Source: Octopus vulgaris
Taxonomy: Eukaryota
NCBI GenBank assembly: GCA_951406725.2
Contig: OX597815.1
Span: 111,910,001 to 111,974,000, forward strand
Reading direction: 5' to 3'
DNA: 64,000 bases
In this document: piece after piece, positions 56,251 through 64,000 of the stretch
How positions within the stretch are numbered: position 1 is the first letter of the stretch
Layout: the number at the start of each line of letters is the position of its first letter
Notes under the pieces: generated by a model
The model's database searches: none
What the model was told of the DNA's origin: nothing
Seen by the model: the letters and a program-made list of their open reading frames with translations, nothing else
Program-made: the position numbers and the translations under genes

Positions 56251-57304
56251 ATCCACACGATAGGATTTACTTGAAACATAAGTCAATAAGAGACTGACTA
56301 AATAACATAAATAACAACAAACCACAGCAGGTAGACCAGACCTTCAGCGAAAATATAATACTACACACAAACTAACACATAAGCGCACGCAAACGCATAC
56401 AAACGCGTACACACACAAACATTAATGCTATCACACCTGACGAGCGAAAACTATTTCACAGTATGAAACTATAACACGTAATATCACACTATCGCACATT
56501 ATCACAAATAGTGTACGGGTACTGGTCCTACATCTTCTATTGTATTCACCAAAACTAGCGACCTTATAGCTGCTGCTACTGTTCTTCCTACTGTTACTAT
56601 CACTACTACTCCGATCATTTGTACAAGTTGATTTTCTATGAAATATTTTCCGTTTTCATTGTATTGTTTTTTAGACTACTTTTTGCATGAAGGCGGAAGT
56701 ACAAAGCAATTTTCATCGCAAAATTATTGTTTATTTTAGATGAAGGTGAATCAGCTGAAATGTTGTAGACAAATTCGATAAACTGAACGAACATGTGTTT
56801 CTCTCAATGTTATCTTATTATTCTTTACTGTAATTCTTCCTTATTACTATTTTCTTTTTTTTTTTTTGCGATTTAGAAGCCTGGGGGATTTTAAAAGAAC
56901 AAATTTATCGTTCATAATTGGCGCTTAACATAAATTTACAATTCGACACATTTTAGTAATGTTTTAACATATATTCTGCATCGTTTGTACTTTTGCCTGT
57001 GAGAAAATTTACTCATTCTTCACTTTATGATCATTCCGAAGAAATTTATTAATAATTAATGTGATTTCTCGAGGTGCACAAGCTTATATTTTTGTTATGG
57101 AGATTAACAAATTTATTCAATAACGAGAATATAATACTTTAAGACCTTCTCCCTATATATTTTTTCGTTCACATGTTATAGGCCTGCAACGTTGAATGAA
57201 ATGATTGCACCGAAATATCAATGGACACGAAATGGATCTGTTTCTACTTTGCTAAGCCGACTGGGTAATCTCTCTAATGCATAGATGAGATACTATACAT
57301 ATTC

Positions 57305-57495
57305 TTTTCTACTTAGGCACAACGTCCGAAATTTTGAGGGAAGAGACCAGTCGATTAGATCGATCTTTGTACGCAACAGGTACTTAATTTATCGACCCCG
57401 AAACGTTGAAAGGCAACGTCGACCACGGCGGATTTTGAACTCAGAACATAAAGAGAGACGAAATACTGCTAAGCATTTTGCCCAGCGTGCTAAAG
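57305..57495 (-). mobile_element. Nin/Deu-like SINE copy
   Basis: gtacttaatttatcgaccccgaaa..gtcgacc..ggcggattttgaactcagaac. Confidence 0.7.
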
Positions 57496-59368
57496 TCACT
57501 ATACACATTCTATCATATGATACGCATACTTATCGTACCAAGGAGATAACTATATGTACAAGTATACATATCAAAAGATATAACTGAAAAGTAATTGTTG
57601 ATGCCATGCAAGAATTGCATTAATGTAAAAAACTGGTTTAATAGATCATACTTTTACGTCGTTGAATTTCTGTAAATACAAACAAATTCGTCCATTTTGA
57701 CGACGAGGCGCACATTGAAATGACGAGTTTGATTTCCTAAGATCGGCCTTATTGAAAAATCAGAGTCGAATGCGACTCATCTTACGACAATTAATTTTAA
57801 TGTAAAAGTTTCGACTGAGAACTGATAACATTTATACTGAACAATGTATAAGAGTATACAAAACGTTTCTGACTAGTGGCATTGTTTGCAATATAATAAT
57901 CTCCCTAGACTATGAGGATTGTATGTATATGCTAATCCTAAAACAAACTATACAACTGAATCCTCGTCCTCGTATGCAAGAAAAATCATTATCACAGGAA
58001 TAGCTGATGAAGAATATAAGTGATCCTGGTTATCCCATGATAACCAGAATCACATTATGATGAGGCAGTACATAAAACATAGGCGTATATTAAAGCCTAG
58101 TTTGATATTCGATTCACAAAAAGCATGTAGCAAAACCCCATATAATCACACAACATGAGGAAAACGACTATATGCTTTTATATAATTAATACGAGATTTT
58201 CCACTTATCCTCAAACTCAAGAATAGCACTCGTTAATTATTTTGATAAATTTAGAGTCTATGAAGATAGTGCAATGAATCAGCCATTTCAGTTTCGGCTT
58301 AGAATGTAACGTGAGCGAAGTAGAGTTATTTTCACACTCCCTTTCTAAAACCAAGCTGACAGTTCCAATGACACCGCATGGACCACCTGAGATAATTACC
58401 TTTCATGTATATTTGCAACACTGGGTCACTTTAACATCAAGGTCACCATGTGAACATATTAGACTATGCCTACCATTAATATTATTATCACATTTTCAAA
58501 GAAGGCAAATGTAACAGACTTATTCGAGAGGAATGAAAAATATATATTCATTGACAATTGACAATTGTGTCAACAACGAAAATCTGCTATAATATGGAAT
58601 CTACATTTACACATGTTTATATGGAATTCATATATTCTTCATCGTTACAACAGAAAAATAAGAGCGTGAAGTGAAGAAGATTCAGTTCATTTGGCTAAAG
58701 GCAAAGTAGGTATTGACTATCAACAAACATTCAACAGGAATTAAAAGCAACAAGGGTAGGATCGTAGGTTTTCCTATGTGAATTGAATTTCCTTATACAT
58801 TCCCTTAAAGATATCGCTAGGTGTTTGCGTCTCTGCGTGTCTGCGTACTTTCGAATTTTTGCCTGTGTTTATGAGTGTGAGAATCGGGTATGAGATTTGG
58901 TAGATATTCCTATATAAAAAAAAAAAAAACGTACGCCCGTTATCAAAGAAAATTGACGTATACCCACTGAACATCTTGCATAAAAATATCGTTTCAGGTG
59001 GTGTTAATTTTTACCCAGTTTATAATTGTGCATTCTAAACCTATATTAGGTTCTTAATGTGTCAGAAATTAAAGGAATCGTTTTAAGTAATGTAAGAAGT
59101 TAAATCTTCTGTTATAAGATTCTAAGCTCTCTTGTTATCAAAATTGAATTCTATGTCCATTTTCACAAGATTTATTTAATCAAACAACATACAGATATAT
59201 CTACATCGGCACACCAGATGATGCGAAATGATATGTGTAACCGCAATGTGACGTCGTAATCCAATGTACCATATGGTTGTGATTTGTTCATACTGTTACT
59301 CACAAATTGGTCTTACAAAACACTCACAAATCTTCGGAAGTGTTTATACATTCTCCCATCGTATTGAA

Positions 59369-59436
<68 letters not shown>

Positions 59437-59644
59437 ATGTATATGTGTGTGTGCGCGCACGTGTGTGTGTGGGGGGGAGAGAGAAAGAGAGTGGGGAGAT
59501 ATTTCATCTGCTATCATTTACGTGTGTCATAAATTGGACTGCCCCCATGCTAGTATACTGCTTTCAAATGATTTTTGACGAATGAATCGGTTCCAGCTAT
59601 TGTTGTTCACAAACACATAACACCGAAGAACACATAGATATGTA

Positions 59645-59920
59645 CAAAATTGGCCTAGTCTTTAGGGTGTTGCTTTCACGGTCACGAGATCGCTGTTTCA
59701 GTTCCTGGAATGGGAGGTGCATTATATTTATTAGCAAAAAACTTCATCTCACGTTGTTCTGCGGTCACTTTGACATCTGACATATTGTATAATGTGGGCC
59801 TGATCTGGCAACGTCGATTTGACTGAGGAAGTACGCAAATATAGAGCACATACATTTTATCAATATAAACAAATCAGTTGAACAGGTTTGTTCGGCAAGA
59901 ACATCTTTCTCTGAATACAA
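59645..59920 (+). mobile_element. Old tRNA-derived SINE
   Basis: tggcctagtc.ttagggtgttg..cacgagatcgctgtttcagttcct head. Confidence 0.45.
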
Positions 59921-60029
59921 GAGTCTAACATCCTCCTCTCCATATATAGGTTTCAGTGTGTGAGTGTGGGTTTGTGCGTGTGTGAATATACGACAGGTTT
60001 CTTAAAGTTTCGGTAGTACCACGATAGCT

Positions 60030-60925
60030 GAGTTCCGGATTATACAAAGGAGCAATGAGGAAATTTGAAACTATCATACATAACGATAGGAGCAAGTCAT
60101 GGATCACCATTGAAAAGACTAAGAGTAAAATAGGGAAGGCCAATTCATGGTATAATAGCCACAAATACCAGAGTGTCATGTTCCTCAACATTACACCTAG
60201 AGGCGAGCCCTAGACAAACTTAAGCTAAGAATTAAGATTCTAGAAAGGGCAGGCAACCTTATCAAATCCCAAAATGGTAGAACCTACCCTTTTAGTAGAA
60301 CCCCCTGTACTGATAGGAACTACACTGTAAAGCTAGGAATTTAGTCTATAATATAAGATGTACAGAGGAACGGTACAGTAACAAAACAATGATGTACGTA
60401 GCAGAAACAGCACGAAGCATAGGAGAGCGGCAAAATGAGCATGGGATGGAACGTAAGGAATACAAAAGCTCATCAGATCTGTAGCAGCACGCCGAGCAGG
60501 AACACAGGGGTTCGCTCCACAATATAGAAGTTAAACTCTTGTCCACACATAGAACAGACGCAACAGTTAGACACATTACAGAAGCTACATACATAATAGA
60601 AAATAAACTTAGCCTGAATAGGAAACTAGAATGGAACATTAGCACACACCTGCAACACACGACAAACTATGACAGAATAAGTGGCCCATAAAGTGATAAC
60701 AATATGAATATTAATATAACACAAAACACAGATAAATAAATTGTATTAAATAACTATGTACATTAACAAAATAAATTAAATTAAATACAAACAAAAAACC
60801 CAAATGAGGTCACAGAAGTGTGACCGAAATACGATTTATATAAAATAAAGCTGAAGCAAGTGAACAGCAAATATATAGTGCATGTGTTTTCATTGGCTAA
60901 ACTGGCAACATGGTCATCTCCAAAT

Positions 60926-60930
<5 letters not shown>
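60030..60930 (+). mobile_element. PLE 3' fragment with GIY-YIG domain and decayed HHR
   Basis: NLVYNIRC..MYVAETARSIGERQNEH..EATYIIENKLSLNRK at 60338-60640. caaauga-GGUCACA(gaag)UGUGACC-GAAA at 60801-60829, then AATAAA and (TA)n. Confidence 0.75.
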
Positions 60931-60982
<52 letters not shown>

Positions 60983-62699
60983 AGTAAAAGAATTCATACA
61001 TACACATATATATCTATGCTGGCTGCCATCCGGTTCTAGCATTTCGAGCATTTAGTAACAATATGCGTTTTGATAAAACGTTTGCTCCCGCAAATCAAAC
61101 AATACAGAACTTGGGATCCTGCGGAGGGGCAAAATTGGTAACACAAACAGGACTATGAAAACAAATAGGAGGGGCTTCTAAGCCTAAACCTAGGTTGTGT
61201 TGGCGAGCGCGTAAATCAAGCTTGGGTAGGAGACAAAGAAGAACACGTCTTCCTTGTTCCAGCTACAACGGAGAGAAAGAAAGTATGATGGCCGATGGTC
61301 ACGTGGGAGCCACGTGATCAAGAGAGGAGTATGTAGGGAGACAGTGTGACAAAGTAATAGGATAGAAAACTGGGAGAAGAGAAGGTAAAAGAATAAGAGA
61401 GCGAAAGAGAGAAAAACGAAAGATATTATTGAGTCCGCATCAGAATTATAAAAACTTACTTGGAAGAGGATGCGTGGCGTTCAATCATATGATAATATCA
61501 TATATATATATAGTAGTAATAGAAAAGGGGAATTTCGATTATAACTACGTGTTGAGAAACACTCCTGTCACAACCTTGGAACTTGAAGATTGCAATAATG
61601 CAAGAAAGTATACTAGCCCCTTCATATTTTATATTCAATATTTCATCTATTCAATAAGACAATGAATACTTCATTTCATTTTACTATATATTCATATTAT
61701 TTATACTATATATTCTATATTCTACATTAATATTATAAAGAATATAAATAAAACATTAAAAAAACAGAGTTGTAATTTATTTGAATAATATATATATATA
61801 TATATATATATATGAAAATCTAGGCACAGGACGACGCGAAACGTGTACAAAAAACACGACGCACAAGTACAGGGAACATGAACTATTGTTTCGAACAACG
61901 AAAGACACAAATGGAAAACAAGAACAATCAGCATAAAAAAACGATCATTCATCAGTTGTTGGCTGCCTTTCTAGTTTCGCATCTCGAGCATTTAGCAAAA
62001 TTATACACTTTGATAAAACAGTTGCTCCCGCAAAGCAAACAGAACTAAACTTGGCACCCTACGTAGGTTCAATTTTGGTAACACAAACAGGACAGTGAAA
62101 ACAAACAGTCGTGTCCTTGTCGGTGGAAATTGTACATCGACAGAGGTAACTGTGGCCCCTGCCAGTGCGATGAAGGATGATTTTGTGATTTTCTTTCACA
62201 AGTGAGGGGTGATATAGAGGTTCTTAAAGAAGCTGGAGGGCCGGGGGGAGGAGACCCTGCCCTGGATTGGCCTCTGCAGGTAACTGCTGAGGTCCTAACG
62301 GACGTTGAAATGTTCGATGTGATGGACTCCGATCTGAAGGATAAGAATAGGTTCGCCTTTTGGGGCACCGACCTGGAACTACAGGATTGCCTGCAGGAGA
62401 CATATAGCCTGGTCGAAGAGAGAGGATAAGAGGCCTTAGTTCCTCAATTTTTATTGTTGCATTGTGTGTATTCCTTGGTAAGCGGCTCAATTTGAAAAGA
62501 CGATTACGTCAATTATTATTGAACTGAGGTAAAAGGTTTAATACCTCATTTGTTTCTTTTGTTTTTAAGAACAATGTTTTAGGGAATGAAACAATTGGCG
62601 GGCATTGTTTGCTTCTCCCGTCAACCATTTCTTTCATTTCATCATCATCGTGTCCTCGTCCAGCCCGCAGTTACTCCTTCCGTGTGTAATGACTTTATG

Positions 62700-63050
62700 G
62701 CAAATCGAACGAAGTAAAGTAGATTGCTTACCAAATATATGGTTCAAGGTACTATAGCCTCTACCAAAGCCTCGTGAGTGAATTTGGGAGACGGAAACTG
62801 AAAGTAGCCCGTCGTATATGTAAATGTGTGTGTCTGTCTGTATTTGTGTGTGTGTTTGCGCTTGTCCTCCCACTGTCACTTGACGACCGACGTTGATGTG
62901 TTTTATCCCCGTAAGTTAGCGATTCGGCAAAAGAGACTGATAGAATAAGTACTAGGCTTTCAAAGAATAAGTCCTGCGTCCGAGTTGTTCGACTGAAGTT
63001 GCAGCATAGCCTCAATCAGATGACTGATACAAATAAAAGAATAGAAGAAT
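62700..63050 (+). mobile_element. SINE (family of 50857-51250)
   Basis: actatagcct..ccaaagcct.gtgagtg..gacggaaactgaaag.agcccgtcg. Confidence 0.7.
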
Positions 63051-63114
63051 ATATGTATATGTACGTATGTATATGTTTATATAGATGTATATATATATAA
63101 ATTTATATATATGT

Positions 63115-63164
<50 letters not shown>

Positions 63165-63576
63165 ATATATGTGTGTGTATATATAAAAGAATAAGAATAT
63201 ATGTATATGTACGTATGTATATATTTATATAAATGTATATATATATGAATTTATATATATGTACGCCTATATATACATATATATACGTACATATATACAC
63301 ACATATATATATGTGTGTGTGTGTGCGTGTGTGTCTGTGCGTGTGTGTCTGCGCGTGTATTTATATGTGAGTGTGTCTGTATCCCCATCATCGCTTCACA
63401 ACCGATGTTGCCGTGTTTATGTTCTCGTATCTAGGCTTACAAAGAATAAATCCAGGGGTCGATTTCTTCGATTAAAGATGGTGCACCAGCATGGCCACAG
63501 TCACATTACCTAAAGAAGTAAAACAATAAAAAGCTATGCTATTTCAATCCAGAGCAACGTCGGGTATCTCTGCTAT

Positions 63577-63620
<44 letters not shown>

Positions 63621-63622
<2 letters not shown>

Positions 63623-63742
63623 AAGTACATCTCGTTAGAAGCATGTGCGGTTCTAAGACTTGCATTCTCTAACTTTTATAACTGAAAAGTTAGAGAATGC
63701 AAGTCGGTAGAACCGCACATGCTTCTAACGAGATGTACTTCT
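63621..63742. repeat. 122-bp fold-back palindrome abutting (TA)n, upstream of an HHR
   Basis: agaagtacatctcgttagaagcatgtgcggttcta pairs with tagaaccgcacatgcttctaacgagatgtacttct. Confidence 0.9.
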
Positions 63743-63753
63743 AGGATAACAAA

Positions 63754-63837
63754 GGCTGCTTACTGAAGAGTCTAGCCTTGGCAGATAAATTATATTTACT
63801 GCTAAAAAAAAGACGAAACTGCAGTATAAGATGAGCC
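63754..63837 (+). ncRNA. Canonical type I HHR with extended stem II
   Basis: cuua-CUGAAGA-GUCU..UGGCAG..CUGCUA..AGAC-GAAA-CUGCAG-UA-uaag, with an outer ggcu/agcc pair. Confidence 0.8.
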
Positions 63838-64000
63838 GAGTTTGTAAACGTTTTTGATTTTTCATTTCATTGAATTTATCCACTTTTTGTGTATCTAGTA
63901 CTTGCTTCTTCTTTTAGAGGCCTTTTAATGTACTTATATATGAATAACATATAGCCTAATGGCTAATTTGTCTTTTGTACTAGATCACCGGTAATAATAA

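Overview
AT-rich, microsatellite-dense eukaryotic DNA with no supportable host gene. The repeat content ((TA)n/(CA)n/(TAA)n runs, Nin-domain and tRNA SINEs, RTE, CR1 and Dong/R4-like LINEs, many Penelope-like remnants) suggests a cephalopod, probably Octopus (inference). The most notable signal is a dense hammerhead ribozyme (HHR) system. A 359-bp tandem array (25773-30730; about 11.8 units plus about 2 inverted units, one variant seen) carries a type I HHR with a palindromic stem III in each unit and looks like a non-LTR retrozyme. A diverged 351-353-bp relative at 43712-44273 has a canonical HHR, compensatory stem changes, and an end 1 nt from the predicted cleavage site. About eight further HHR families lie in Penelope-like termini, usually as divergent inverted pairs inserted in (TA)n. 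Five families carry a non-canonical CCGANGA (U4C) core. All structures were read by eye and no database search or folding program was run.
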